A stretch of 64,000 nt of DNA from an uncultured Candidatus Poseidoniales archaeon (GCA_902573015.1 CACGIE010000002.1:7660-71659); one strand, 5' to 3'. Shown: positions 1 to 9,040, counted from the stretch's first letter. Made by a program: numbers and translations. Notes: generated by a model not told the origin, from the sequence alone.

Positions 1-394
1 CAGAAAGACCCGAGAATGGGAGTGCTGCTAGGGTACATCCAGAGTATTTCACGAGATGTACGCCTTTATCATAGGGTCTAGGGAGATCTTCCAATGAGTA
101 TTCGGAGGGCATTGTGAATGCCATAATTGTCGCTTCGCCATCGTTCCACATATTCACGGGAGCAGTCATCGCAATCATCTGCTCCCTGTCGTTCCTTCCG
201 AAGATGTATCCAGCGATCCTCCGAAATCCACCGGTTGACCCCCTCCAATTCTTTCCTTCAGTCCTCACTCTGGCCTGTACCGAGTCAGCGTATCTCCTGA
301 CTTCAAATCCGGGGAATGTCGATATGACAGCGTATTTCGGCTCCTCATACACCCCAGCCATGAGTCTTCGAGCAGGAACGTGGCTTAATCCCAT
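1..394 (-). CDS. SOUL/HBP-family heme-binding protein, partial (C-terminal part lies beyond window start)
   Basis: Minus-strand frame is open from ATG (revcomp of 392-394; alternative ATG at 359-361) down to base 1 with no stop. My hand translation reads MGLSHVPARRLMAGVYEEPKYAVISTFPGFEVRRYADSVQARV...FRRIAGYIFGRNDREQMIAMTAPV...LAALPFSG. This matches SOUL heme-binding family hallmarks (YExPKYxVI, FEVRRY, FRRLxGYIxGxN, IAMTAPV). The supplied ORF track omits it because there is no in-window stop. Confidence 0.6.
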   Translation of the reverse strand, partial: MGLSHVPARRLMAGVYEEPKYAVISTFPGFEVRRYADSVQARVRTEGKNWRGSTGGFRRIAGYIFGRNDREQMIAMTAPVNMWNDGEATIMAFTMPSEYSLEDLPRPYDKGVHLVKYSGCTLAALPFSGLS

Positions 395-447
395 ATGATG
401 GGAGGAGGCACAGTCAAGATAATGCCATAGCGCCCCTTGGGACATTC

Positions 448-2079
448 GTGTCTTCTGCATGGGTGATTGTGGGCGGATACGCCTTAGTGATGGTGATTTT
501 CGCGATATGGGCTCGTCGAGACTTAGGGCGTGGAGATGAGTCTTACTACCTAGCAGGGAGGAGTCTGACGGGACCCATTCTCCTTGTGACCATGGCAGCT
601 ACGAACTTCAGCGCTTTCACGGTATACGGATCAAGTGGGGCATCCTACCGAATCGGGCTGTCTTTCCTACCGATAATGGCATTTGGTACAGGATTCATGG
701 CCGTTTCCATGTACATTCTTGGAAGGAAGATTCGCTCCAGATCGGTTCAGCATGGGGCAATGACGGCTCCAGAGATGGTGATGGGGCAGACCGGATCCCG
801 ATCAGCACAACTGACCATGGCTTCCGTCCTTGTATTGGCCACTATTCCATATCTTGCACTGCAGCCTCGTGCAGCAGGTATTGTTTTCTCGGCACTATTC
901 GGGGGCCCTGATTGGATTGGTGCAGTCCTAGTTACATTACTTGTTGTGGCGTATACTCTTACTGGAGGGCTGAAGGCAGTGGTCAGAACTGATGCCGTCC
1001 AAGGTGCAATTGCACTGGGTCTGTTGTGGTTAGGTCTGGCCATGGTTGTCAATGATGCAGGGGGCATTAGTGCTGCCATGGACGCAATTTCTTCATCGGA
1101 AAATACCGAGGGACTACTAGGTAGAGAGGGGAACTACACTCTGCTTATTTGGGTGAGTACGATGGTTCTCTGGCTCTTCGCTGATCCTATGTTCCCACAA
1201 CTGTATCAGAGACTCTGCGCAGCAGAGAGCGACGCTGCAATAGGGAGAATGGCCACGCTATACCCTGCTGTTGCATGGTTGGCTTTCCTCCCCCCTATAT
1301 TGATTGGGACTATCGGGCATCTCAGTTATCCTGACTTGGACAGAGCCGGTTCAGACAATATCCTCCCTACCATGATTATGGACGTGGGCGGTGAATGGCT
1401 GGGGGGTTTGGTTCTGGTTGCCGGACTAGCTGCGCTGATGTCCACTATGGATTCTCAGCTTCTAGCTACAGGATCGCTGGTGACTAGGGACCTGCTTGAC
1501 AAAGAAAGTCCGGAGGACTGGAGCAGAGAGTCTGTGATCATCTCACTTTCTCTCCTAGGACTAGCCCTATCTGTCTGGTCCGATCTATCCATCCTTGACC
1601 TTGGCCTTCTAGCGTTCTCCATGTATGCTGTAATGTTCCCCTCGGTTCTCGCATCTGCTCACTTCGATGATATTGACGGCAGGGCTGTAGTTGCCTCGAT
1701 CCTCGCTGGTGAGGCTGTCGTGATTCTAGCCGTAATCTCTCCCGGGTCCTTCAATGGATGGTGGGTTGAACCGGTTAGAGGGGCTGTACCCACTGCTGTG
1801 ATTCCATCATTACTCGCAGCGTTAGCGGGACTGGTTGTGACTCAGCACTACTTCAATACGAGAGAAGAGTTCTCTTGGAGATTTGAGATAAATTTCTCGG
1901 ACATAGCCCCATTGACCGGTCTATTGCTGGTTTTTGTAATGGCTCAGGACTTCTGGTGGTGGGGCGAAACCGAAACTTGGGCATTGGGGCTTCCTAGGTG
2001 GATCTGGTGGTCTGCAGCTCTTTCAATTGCTCAGACTGCGATAATGGCTAGATGGGTGGGGAAAGTTTCCTCCCGTTAG
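448..2079 (+). CDS. sodium:solute symporter family (SSF) transporter
   Basis: 543 aa, about 13 TM helices. N-terminal block YYLAGRSLTGPILLVTMAATNFSAFTVYGSSGASYRIGLSF is typical of SSF (PutP/PanF-like). GTG start at 448. Confidence 0.8.
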   Translation: MSSAWVIVGGYALVMVIFAIWARRDLGRGDESYYLAGRSLTGPILLVTMAATNFSAFTVYGSSGASYRIGLSFLPIMAFGTGFMAVSMYILGRKIRSRSVQHGAMTAPEMVMGQTGSRSAQLTMASVLVLATIPYLALQPRAAGIVFSALFGGPDWIGAVLVTLLVVAYTLTGGLKAVVRTDAVQGAIALGLLWLGLAMVVNDAGGISAAMDAISSSENTEGLLGREGNYTLLIWVSTMVLWLFADPMFPQLYQRLCAAESDAAIGRMATLYPAVAWLAFLPPILIGTIGHLSYPDLDRAGSDNILPTMIMDVGGEWLGGLVLVAGLAALMSTMDSQLLATGSLVTRDLLDKESPEDWSRESVIISLSLLGLALSVWSDLSILDLGLLAFSMYAVMFPSVLASAHFDDIDGRAVVASILAGEAVVILAVISPGSFNGWWVEPVRGAVPTAVIPSLLAALAGLVVTQHYFNTREEFSWRFEINFSDIAPLTGLLLVFVMAQDFWWWGETETWALGLPRWIWWSAALSIAQTAIMARWVGKVSSR

Positions 2080-2109
2080 AGTCAAGTTTGGAACCTGTCT
2101 GATGGCGTC

Positions 2110-2316
2110 ATGGGAGTGGGGCGAGCCTTGTTGTTCGGGACTCTGGCGTCCGTGCCAGGGGTATTACTAGCACTGATTGGGTGGGTAATGAGTGGCAGTC
2201 CCGAGGAGTGGGATACGACGCTCTGGCTTTCCTGCTATGTGCCATTCTTCGGTTGCATTGCAGCCGGATTAATAATCGGATGGAGGGATGGCGATAATCC
2301 AGATTTGGAGGCCTGA
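2110..2316 (+). CDS. small two-TM membrane protein (possible accessory subunit of the upstream symporter)
   Basis: 68 aa with two hydrophobic helices. Tightly packed between the symporter and nth. Small membrane proteins commonly accompany SSF transporters. The opposite-strand ORF 2108..2386 is an alternative but looks less protein-like. Confidence 0.35.
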   Translation: MGVGRALLFGTLASVPGVLLALIGWVMSGSPEEWDTTLWLSCYVPFFGCIAAGLIIGWRDGDNPDLEA

Positions 2317-2318
2317 TA

Positions 2319-2966
2319 TTGCGTCGATTGGAGAAAGCGAGTAAGATAGGAGAAATTCTCGATTCTGAGTACCCAGAGACTCCCATCCCCCTAGACCACG
2401 TAGATGCTTACACCCTACTTGTTGCAGTCATGCTCTCCGCACAGTCTACTGACAAGAAGGTGAATGAGATCACTCCGAAGTTGTTCGAGGTTGCTGGGAG
2501 TCCCAAGGAGATGGCTCTTCTGGAAGTCGAGGAGATTCGTCAGATAATCAGAGAAATTGGGCTTGCCCCTACCAAAGCGAAGAACCTTCGCAGAATGGCA
2601 GAGCAGATTCTCGAAGACGGAGGAGTGGTGAGGCCTGATTGGGAGTTCCTAGAGTCATTAGCAGGAGTGGGCCACAAGACAGCAAGCGTGGTAATGAGTC
2701 AAGCATTCGGAGTGCCGGCCTTCCCAGTAGACACCCACATACACAGACTGGCAGCCAGATGGGGGCTTTCTGACGGCAGGAACGTAGTAAAGACGGAGAG
2801 AGACCTGAAGGCTGTCTTCGCCGAAGAAACATGGAATAGAAGGCATTTACAAATCATATATTTCGGAAGAGAGTACTGTCCGGCCTTGAGGCACGATCTT
2901 GCATCGTGCCCGATCTGCTCATGGGCGGCCACTAAGAAGAGAATCAGGGAAGAAATGGGTGGTTGA
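2319..2966 (+). CDS. nth: endonuclease III (DNA glycosylase/AP lyase)
   Basis: HhH-GPD motif LESLAGVGHKTASVVM. N-terminal LLVAVMLSAQSTDKKVN block. C-terminal Cys cluster CPALRHDLASCPICSW for the 4Fe-4S cluster. TTG start abutting the previous stop. Confidence 0.8.
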   Translation: MRRLEKASKIGEILDSEYPETPIPLDHVDAYTLLVAVMLSAQSTDKKVNEITPKLFEVAGSPKEMALLEVEEIRQIIREIGLAPTKAKNLRRMAEQILEDGGVVRPDWEFLESLAGVGHKTASVVMSQAFGVPAFPVDTHIHRLAARWGLSDGRNVVKTERDLKAVFAEETWNRRHLQIIYFGREYCPALRHDLASCPICSWAATKKRIREEMGG

Positions 2967-3531
2967 TTTGGAGATTTTCGCAGGCAGGATTACTTCTACC
3001 GGATTCTCAAGTGGGGACAGGATTGTGATTGGAGACTGGAATGATTCGCCAATTGGTAGTTTCACTAACATAATGTGGGCTAAGCCGGATGGGACCAGGG
3101 TCCTTCTGTCCCCTTCCGAGGAGCACGCGAAATACGTCTCGGAACTATACAACTTCGAGAGTGTGGAGATTACCGATATTACCGTCGATCGGACTCGAAG
3201 AGGGATATCTATCGAAGGAGGGGGCCTTTCCATGGATATCTCTTGGGGGATAGCCCTCCCCATTCCCATCTGGAGGCCACTGTGGTTCATCGCAACTATT
3301 GAGGCATTTTTTGCAAGGGTGCTTTTTGGCACCAAGACACATGGCAGAACCAAGAACAACAGAAGAGAGTGGTACTCGATTAGATCGATATCAAGAGTTC
3401 TGAATGCTGAAGCGAGCTACGATGGTCTTGAGCTCGGGGGATCCGAGAGTTTCACCACTAACGCTTGCTTCGGATTCAGCGAGCCTCCATCTATGCCTGC
3501 TTCGGTATCTCTGAAGAGCTATATCGAGTGA
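2959..3531 (+). CDS. hypothetical protein
   Basis: Long open frame (GTG at 2959) overlapping the nth stop by 8 nt. No recognisable motifs. The frame stays open for 190 codons in roughly 50% GC DNA, which argues for real coding. Confidence 0.45.
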   Translation: MVDLEIFAGRITSTGFSSGDRIVIGDWNDSPIGSFTNIMWAKPDGTRVLLSPSEEHAKYVSELYNFESVEITDITVDRTRRGISIEGGGLSMDISWGIALPIPIWRPLWFIATIEAFFARVLFGTKTHGRTKNNRREWYSIRSISRVLNAEASYDGLELGGSESFTTNACFGFSEPPSMPASVSLKSYIE

Positions 3532-3568
3532 TGGTAGCCTTCATGAGTCGAGTTCGACACGCCGTTGC

Positions 3569-4048
3569 ATGGCAACGGTAGAACTAGCTATTGGAGATGA
3601 GGCCCCGAGCTTCGAGGCCGAAGTAACGGATGGAGGAAAGGTCTCTCTTTCGGAGATACTTTCCACCGGGAGAGGGGTAATTCTGTACTTCTACCCTAGA
3701 GACAACACACCAGGATGTACCACCCAGGCATGTGACTTCAGAGATAACTTCGGGAGATTCGAAGATAGCTCTTGGAAGGTCATTGGAGTATCCACGGATA
3801 GTGCCAAGTCGCATCAGAAGTTCATCGATAAGCACGAGCTCCCATTCGATTTGATCGTAGATGAGGATGCCGCCCTACACGAATCCTATGGCACTTGGAG
3901 GGAGAAGAGCATGTATGGCAAGACATACATGGGAACTCTGCGTTCGACTTTCGCAATAGGCGTAGACGGGAAAATAGCCTGGGTTGGTTACGGGGTGAAA
4001 ACCAAGGGCCATGTTGATTCTCTGATTGAGGAATTAAAGGTAGGATAG
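3569..4048 (+). CDS. bcp: peroxiredoxin, Bcp-type thiol peroxidase
   Basis: YFYPRDNTPGCTTQACDFRD is the canonical Bcp/PrxQ active-site block. 159 aa. Confidence 0.85.
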   Translation: MATVELAIGDEAPSFEAEVTDGGKVSLSEILSTGRGVILYFYPRDNTPGCTTQACDFRDNFGRFEDSSWKVIGVSTDSAKSHQKFIDKHELPFDLIVDEDAALHESYGTWREKSMYGKTYMGTLRSTFAIGVDGKIAWVGYGVKTKGHVDSLIEELKVG

Positions 4049-4049
4049 A

Positions 4050-4253
4050 ATGGGCCTCGAAGAACGACGTTCGCTGGTGGTTTCCTTCCTACGCAAATGC
4101 GTGACATATGCCGATGATTCCATTAGCAGGAAGAGGGATAGAGGAGACTCAGAGGAAGAGATAGAGAAATGGGAGAATTATCGTGACTTCACCGAGCATG
4201 CAGTGATGGAAGTCTCCAATGGCGAACTCGACGAATGGCTGGAAGAGGAATAG
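4050..4253 (+). CDS. small acidic hypothetical protein
   Basis: ATG one nt after the bcp stop, 67 aa, very acidic C-terminus. Positional and coupling evidence only. Confidence 0.35.
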   Translation: MGLEERRSLVVSFLRKCVTYADDSISRKRDRGDSEEEIEKWENYRDFTEHAVMEVSNGELDEWLEEE

Positions 4254-4263
4254 CGGAGGAAAC

Positions 4264-4734
4264 CTAGTTCTCTATCGCTCGGTCCAGCGAGGGTGAGCCG
4301 AGCATGTGCTTGTGCGTGTCAACTCTCATCTTTGCACCTGGGATCATCAATAGGGTATCATCCTCATTCAATGCAAATACATGGAGGTTCGTTCGATCTC
4401 CGAGATCCTGGGCCCTCCTGGAGCATACCGATTGCTGGCTGGGCATATGATTCAGTGAACTGAGGTCCACGATTACCATATCCCCCATGGAGAGATTCCC
4501 CTCCACCCCATCCAATTGAAGTCTGTGAAGGCCGTCGGGCTCCATGTAGATGACTCTCCTTGAGGGCCTCTCTGTTATCCTCTCCGTCCTCTCGGACCAC
4601 CTCGACTCTCCTAGATCGTGGAATCGGTTTCCTGCCTTTGGTCCGGGTTCAGTCGCCCTCAGGCTCCCGCCTTGTGTGGCCTTGGGAGTTGTGTTCGGAT
4701 TGGGCAGACCCAGGAGCCGGAACAGATTGACCAC
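4264..4734 (-). CDS. SepF-like cell-division protein (DUF552 fold), tentative
   Basis: N-terminal amphipathic MVNLFRLLGL resembles the SepF membrane-targeting helix. C-terminal roughly 90 aa (MGDMVIVDLSSLNHMP...LHVFALNEDDTLLMIPGAKMRV) resembles the SepF core. Family assignment is by motif resemblance only. Confidence 0.4.
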   Translation of the reverse strand: MVNLFRLLGLPNPNTTPKATQGGSLRATEPGPKAGNRFHDLGESRWSERTERITERPSRRVIYMEPDGLHRLQLDGVEGNLSMGDMVIVDLSSLNHMPSQQSVCSRRAQDLGDRTNLHVFALNEDDTLLMIPGAKMRVDTHKHMLGSPSLDRAIEN

Positions 4735-4748
4735 AGCCTGGCCGGCGA

Positions 4749-7700
4749 CTACTCCTCAAAGAGGGCTTCGATATCCTCGGGGTCAAGATTGCTGTTTACG
4801 TCGTCAATTCTAGGTGCCGATGGGATTACTGGGGAGTCTTCCTTGGCCAATCCTAACTCGTCCAAAACTTCGTCCAAGTCGTCCAGGATTGCTGTATCTT
4901 CCCGTGGCGATTCCTCCGGCGGTGCGAACATCGCATTGGGATCTATTACAGGAGCCTCCGGTTCATCGAATGCTGCGTCGAAATCGATTTCTGATGCTTT
5001 CTTTTGCTCTTCTTGGTGGCTCTGCCTTGGGTTCCTAATCAATACCCAAGCACCTGCGGAGACTACGATCAAGGTGAAGATTATCGGGACGATATTGGAA
5101 GTCAGTTCATCTGAGAACGTCCTGGGCGCCTCTGCCACTTGGAGATCCATAGTTACAGAATGGCTAGAACTGTCATCTAGGACAGTTAATTTCGCTTTCT
5201 TGGAACCTCCCGAGTCATAGGAGAACTCGATCCACCTGCCGGTATAGTCGACATCGTTAGCGGGATCGCCATCACCGTCCGAGTCTGAGGTGATGTCGAT
5301 GTCCCAGTGGAACTCCAGTGAGTCCATATCTGCTTGAGAGTCCACGGTCCCATTGGCGGAAAGTACGATTGAATCTCCTTCAGTGGGATTTGAGACACTT
5401 GCCGAGGCGAAGGCGGCCGGAGGGGCGTTCACAACGGAGAACGAGAACTCGATTGATGCCGATTCGCCATCATCGTCTGTAACGTGGAAGATGAGGGATT
5501 CTGGGGCAGTAGTCGAGTCTGGCCATGAGTGGACGAGGAAATGCGATTCGACGTCGCAATCGTTTCCAGACTGCCCATCAGAGTCCGAGTCATCGACAGG
5601 GTTCAGGTCGAAGCAGTGAACCAGCCGCTCTGAGTCGGTTCCCGTTTCGATTATCTGCGGGGAAATAGTGAATTCCTCATCCTCTTCAAGCTGTCCCAAG
5701 GTCGTGGTGATTGGAGAAATTACAGGGGCTACGTTCTCCACTTGTATCGGCACTATCAGGACTTCAGTTGACTCACCGTCATCGTCGAATACCTGAAGGG
5801 TTGCAAGGTGCATCCCGGAGGTATTGTACGAAACCCCGGAAATAGTGCTCCTCTCGCCGTAGCTAGAGAAATTCAGATCTGGGAGGTCCTCTGCATCTGG
5901 CCTCCAGACGTGGTTTAGAGATTCGAGGTCGTTTGAGGAGTCGTCGGCCTGGCCCCAGAATGTGATTTCATCACCCTCAAGTACGATGAACACGCCTCTG
6001 CTATCGGGAAAAATCCTAGTCTCACCCAGGTATAGTTCAGCTACCGGATTGGATGGGGCTATGTTGGTCACATGAACGGAGTGCTGGGCCGTCGTGATGG
6101 CTCCGTCATCATCGATCGCCATGACTGAAACGGTCAGGTTCCCCTCGACTGTCGGAGTCAAGGTACACGATTGGCCTACTTGACCCTCCGAGCATCCTGC
6201 ATCCCACAGAATCTCTACTGGTGCAGATGGGTTCAGTGTGTCGATATCGCTGCTGTTAGTCACGAAGAAGGTGATCGGATTGGTCACAATGACTTCATCG
6301 TTGTCGGTTCCGATGGAAATCTCCGGAGGTCGATTGAGTATCGATATCGTGGACTGGGCAGTGGTCTTGTCACTCTCACCATCGGTAATTAATACCTCAA
6401 CTGAGAATGAGCCGTCGTCTGGCCAAGACCATTCCAAGATGCAGTCGTCATCTATGACCTGGAACGTTGAGCCGTCGGCTTTCTGGATGTTGAACTCGCA
6501 TTCTATTTCCCCACCATCGGAATCGTATGAGGAGGTGGCGTCAAGTGTCACCCCCTCATGGGTTTGGACTTCGCTGGGGTGAGATAGGAAGGCAAGAGGC
6601 AGTCCTCCGATATACAGGACGAAGGAGCCTTGGTTGTTGGTCCTGTTCCCATCCTCGGGTATATCCTCCTGGGGGTCAACCTCGAAGTAAAGGTACACGT
6701 TTCCGAATGGCTGGGACTCGGGGACTGTCCAGTTCACGAACACCCTAGATTCCTGCAGGCTCCCCAGAGGAGGAACTGTGCCAGATACTTCCGTACCATC
6801 AGGAGCGCTCACCACGATTGTAGAGTATGGGGACTGAATTAGTCCGCGATTTAACACGGGTACGGAGAAGGTCAGGACGTCTTCCGAGATTGCGGCAAAA
6901 CCGATACTTGAGTCGAGAGTCAGCTGATTCCCAGTGGATGGTCGGAACCTCTGGACGGTAACCGCCGATGACCTAGTGACCAAGTCAATCTCGTGAATCT
7001 CCGAGTCTATCAAAAGAGTCCTAGCTCCGATTATGCTTTCATCGCCAATCCAAGCGATTAATCCATGGCTTCCTAGCTCCCCTGGTCCATCGGTATCATC
7101 AGGATTATCCCCCGAATTGAACACTATGTGGTACGTCCCGTTTTCGTCGGTTGTCACATTCTGAAACTGTTCATCTGATTCATACCTGAATTGTATCTCT
7201 TGTCCAGATACGCCCTGTCCCTGATCAGTTACGTTAATCCAAGCGGATATCTCGATATCAGTGGGTGAGAGGGGGTACTGGACATCGATGGAAACCAACT
7301 TGCCCCTCTGGACTGGCTGATAGCTCACTAGCTCGTGTACTGCGAGGAACCCGAAAGCCTGCTCCATTGTGCTCTTCACCTCTCCTCTTACTGCTGGACA
7401 GAACCAGTTGAATCCGGTCTCCTCCCCGTCAGAGTCGTATGCTGTCACGTTGAACGACTGGTAGCACCCGGGGTAAGCAACACCAGAGTTGCCCTGGCTG
7501 ACTACAGACCAACTGGTTGAGTTGGAGTCGCTCGAGTCATCCGGTATGTCGACGTAATTGCTGGAACCGCTGTAATCAGTGGCTTGTTCGTAATCCATCC
7601 CCCAAGACTCGCCTACTGAGATCGGGAAGTCATAGTTCTCCAATGGGGGCTCATATGTGTTCTCGACGACGAGCTCACCGATATCCTGCCTCAGCCAAGC

Positions 7701-8213
7701 GGCGCATCCGAAGAACAGAGGATCGAAGTATACGTCAATTGTTACTTCCTGGGAATAGGTTGCTAGATCAGAAACTCTGATGATCTCTATTGTCTGCATA
7801 TCCACATAGAGACAACCGCTTGTTCCATCGATTTGTATTACCCCGTCCGACTCGTATTCTCCGACCGATTCCACCTCGTAAACCAGAGTTTCCTTGCCGT
7901 CTATTTCCATTAGGTAGATGTCCTGTACCGTTCGATCTAGTGACCCATCTAGGGTCTCGACATTTGTGGACACCCCTGAGTCTGCAACGAAATCTCCCAC
8001 ATCTAGGAAACCATCGTACATCCAGTTGTCATTCACTCTCCAGATAGGGACATCTGCAGTCCCGGTAGTCGTCATTGCCTGCACATGTGACTCATGGGGG
8101 CTGGAGTCTCTGATGTGATAATCATCGGGTGAAAACGAATAGGAAAATTGTGCAAAGGCAAGAATGGCTACAGCCATTGTCGATAAGCAGGCGGCTCGCA
8201 TGGCATCACGCAA
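4749..8213 (-). CDS. giant secreted, membrane-anchored surface protein with repeated Ig/PKD-like beta domains
   Basis: 1154 aa. N-terminal signal peptide (AVAILAFAQFSYSF). Extremely acidic and rich in T/S/D/G beta-strand repeats. C-terminal TM helix IVPIIFTLIVVSAGAWVLI followed by an acidic cytoplasmic tail ending EDIEALFEE. Confidence 0.85.
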   Translation of the reverse strand: MRDAMRAACLSTMAVAILAFAQFSYSFSPDDYHIRDSSPHESHVQAMTTTGTADVPIWRVNDNWMYDGFLDVGDFVADSGVSTNVETLDGSLDRTVQDIYLMEIDGKETLVYEVESVGEYESDGVIQIDGTSGCLYVDMQTIEIIRVSDLATYSQEVTIDVYFDPLFFGCAAWLRQDIGELVVENTYEPPLENYDFPISVGESWGMDYEQATDYSGSSNYVDIPDDSSDSNSTSWSVVSQGNSGVAYPGCYQSFNVTAYDSDGEETGFNWFCPAVRGEVKSTMEQAFGFLAVHELVSYQPVQRGKLVSIDVQYPLSPTDIEISAWINVTDQGQGVSGQEIQFRYESDEQFQNVTTDENGTYHIVFNSGDNPDDTDGPGELGSHGLIAWIGDESIIGARTLLIDSEIHEIDLVTRSSAVTVQRFRPSTGNQLTLDSSIGFAAISEDVLTFSVPVLNRGLIQSPYSTIVVSAPDGTEVSGTVPPLGSLQESRVFVNWTVPESQPFGNVYLYFEVDPQEDIPEDGNRTNNQGSFVLYIGGLPLAFLSHPSEVQTHEGVTLDATSSYDSDGGEIECEFNIQKADGSTFQVIDDDCILEWSWPDDGSFSVEVLITDGESDKTTAQSTISILNRPPEISIGTDNDEVIVTNPITFFVTNSSDIDTLNPSAPVEILWDAGCSEGQVGQSCTLTPTVEGNLTVSVMAIDDDGAITTAQHSVHVTNIAPSNPVAELYLGETRIFPDSRGVFIVLEGDEITFWGQADDSSNDLESLNHVWRPDAEDLPDLNFSSYGERSTISGVSYNTSGMHLATLQVFDDDGESTEVLIVPIQVENVAPVISPITTTLGQLEEDEEFTISPQIIETGTDSERLVHCFDLNPVDDSDSDGQSGNDCDVESHFLVHSWPDSTTAPESLIFHVTDDDGESASIEFSFSVVNAPPAAFASASVSNPTEGDSIVLSANGTVDSQADMDSLEFHWDIDITSDSDGDGDPANDVDYTGRWIEFSYDSGGSKKAKLTVLDDSSSHSVTMDLQVAEAPRTFSDELTSNIVPIIFTLIVVSAGAWVLIRNPRQSHQEEQKKASEIDFDAAFDEPEAPVIDPNAMFAPPEESPREDTAILDDLDEVLDELGLAKEDSPVIPSAPRIDDVNSNLDPEDIEALFEE

Positions 8214-8243
8214 GCAGGTCTGCCCAATAACGTTGGTTGAAGC

Positions 8244-8960
8244 CTAGAGGAGGTCCGCTAGCTCGTCTTTTATCTGCTCAACTGCCTCAAGAATCTCATC
8301 CTTGTGTCTGGCTCCAGTAATCACCATCTTCCCACTACCGAAAATAAGACACACCACGCGAGGGTAGTCTAGCCTGTAAATCAAGCCTGGGAACTGCTCG
8401 GGCTCGTATTCCACCTTGTCGAATGGAAGGTGGAAGGTCAGGTTGTTCAGATTGAGTTTCCTAGGGAGGGCTGCCAAAGGCTCTCCCTCTAGTATTCCCC
8501 TGATCCTGGGGTCCTCGTTCTCAACTTCCTCGTCGGTTGCTGCTCTGATTCCACCGCCATCTTCGTCGATTACCTTGGTGTTGATGTCGTCCATCTTTGC
8601 GACTTCCCCATAGTCCTCGGGATAGAATAGTGAGTACGTTGCTACCATGTTCTGGACCTCTATCTCAACATCCTTCAGTTCCCAAGTCTCTATTCCGGCA
8701 TTTCTCAGATCTCCGATCATTCTCTCTATGCCTGTCTGGATGTTGTCCTCGTTCTTACCACCAGTACAAACCGCCCTTCCCGATCTGAACATCAGAATCG
8801 CTAACTTTGGATCTACTACCCTGTAGACGACCCCTGGGAACTGCTCTGGCTCGTATTCGCAGTTCAACTGGATTGCTATGTCTGGGAGGTCCAGTTCCTC
8901 CGCTACCCTGGTAGATGCCACCACATTCACTACAGTAAGTCTTTCTTCATCGCTGAGCAT
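8244..8960 (-). CDS. tbp: TATA-box-binding protein
   Basis: Two TBP repeats: ...EYEPEQFPGVVYRV...LMFRSGRAVCTGGK and ...EYEPEQFPGLIYRL...LIFGSGKMVITGAR, plus an acidic tail. An insertion interrupts the second repeat (see findings). Confidence 0.9.
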   Translation of the reverse strand: MLSDEERLTVVNVVASTRVAEELDLPDIAIQLNCEYEPEQFPGVVYRVVDPKLAILMFRSGRAVCTGGKNEDNIQTGIERMIGDLRNAGIETWELKDVEIEVQNMVATYSLFYPEDYGEVAKMDDINTKVIDEDGGGIRAATDEEVENEDPRIRGILEGEPLAALPRKLNLNNLTFHLPFDKVEYEPEQFPGLIYRLDYPRVVCLIFGSGKMVITGARHKDEILEAVEQIKDELADLL

Positions 8961-8980
8961 AGGTTGACGACCGACTTCCC

Positions 8981-9002
8981 TCTTATAAATGGTAATATAA
9001 AG
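8981..9002 (-). promoter_or_regulatory. TATA-like promoter elements upstream of tbp (minus strand reads CTTTATATTA and CATTTATAAG)
   Basis: AT-rich island. The minus-strand TTTATAAG ends about 21 nt before the tbp ATG. That spacing is typical for an archaeal leaderless promoter. Confidence 0.4.
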
Positions 9003-9040
9003 AAGATGAACAAATAGAGCTGGTGTTTTTTCAATTGAAA

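Noticed and set aside
114-398. 94-aa plus-strand ORF in the supplied track
   Set aside because: It lies entirely antisense to the SOUL heme-binding gene, which has strong family motifs. It has no motifs of its own.
747-1079. 110-aa minus ORF inside the symporter gene
   Set aside because: Antisense to a well-supported transporter CDS. Pro/Ala/Ser-rich low-complexity translation typical of GC-biased antisense frames.
2569-2932. Three overlapping minus-strand ORFs (62-87 aa) inside nth
   Set aside because: Antisense to endonuclease III, mutually overlapping, no features.
4550-5220. Plus-strand ORFs of 87, 200 and 74 aa
   Set aside because: Antisense to the SepF-like gene and the 3' end of the giant surface protein gene. 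Ser/Gly/Ala-rich low complexity.
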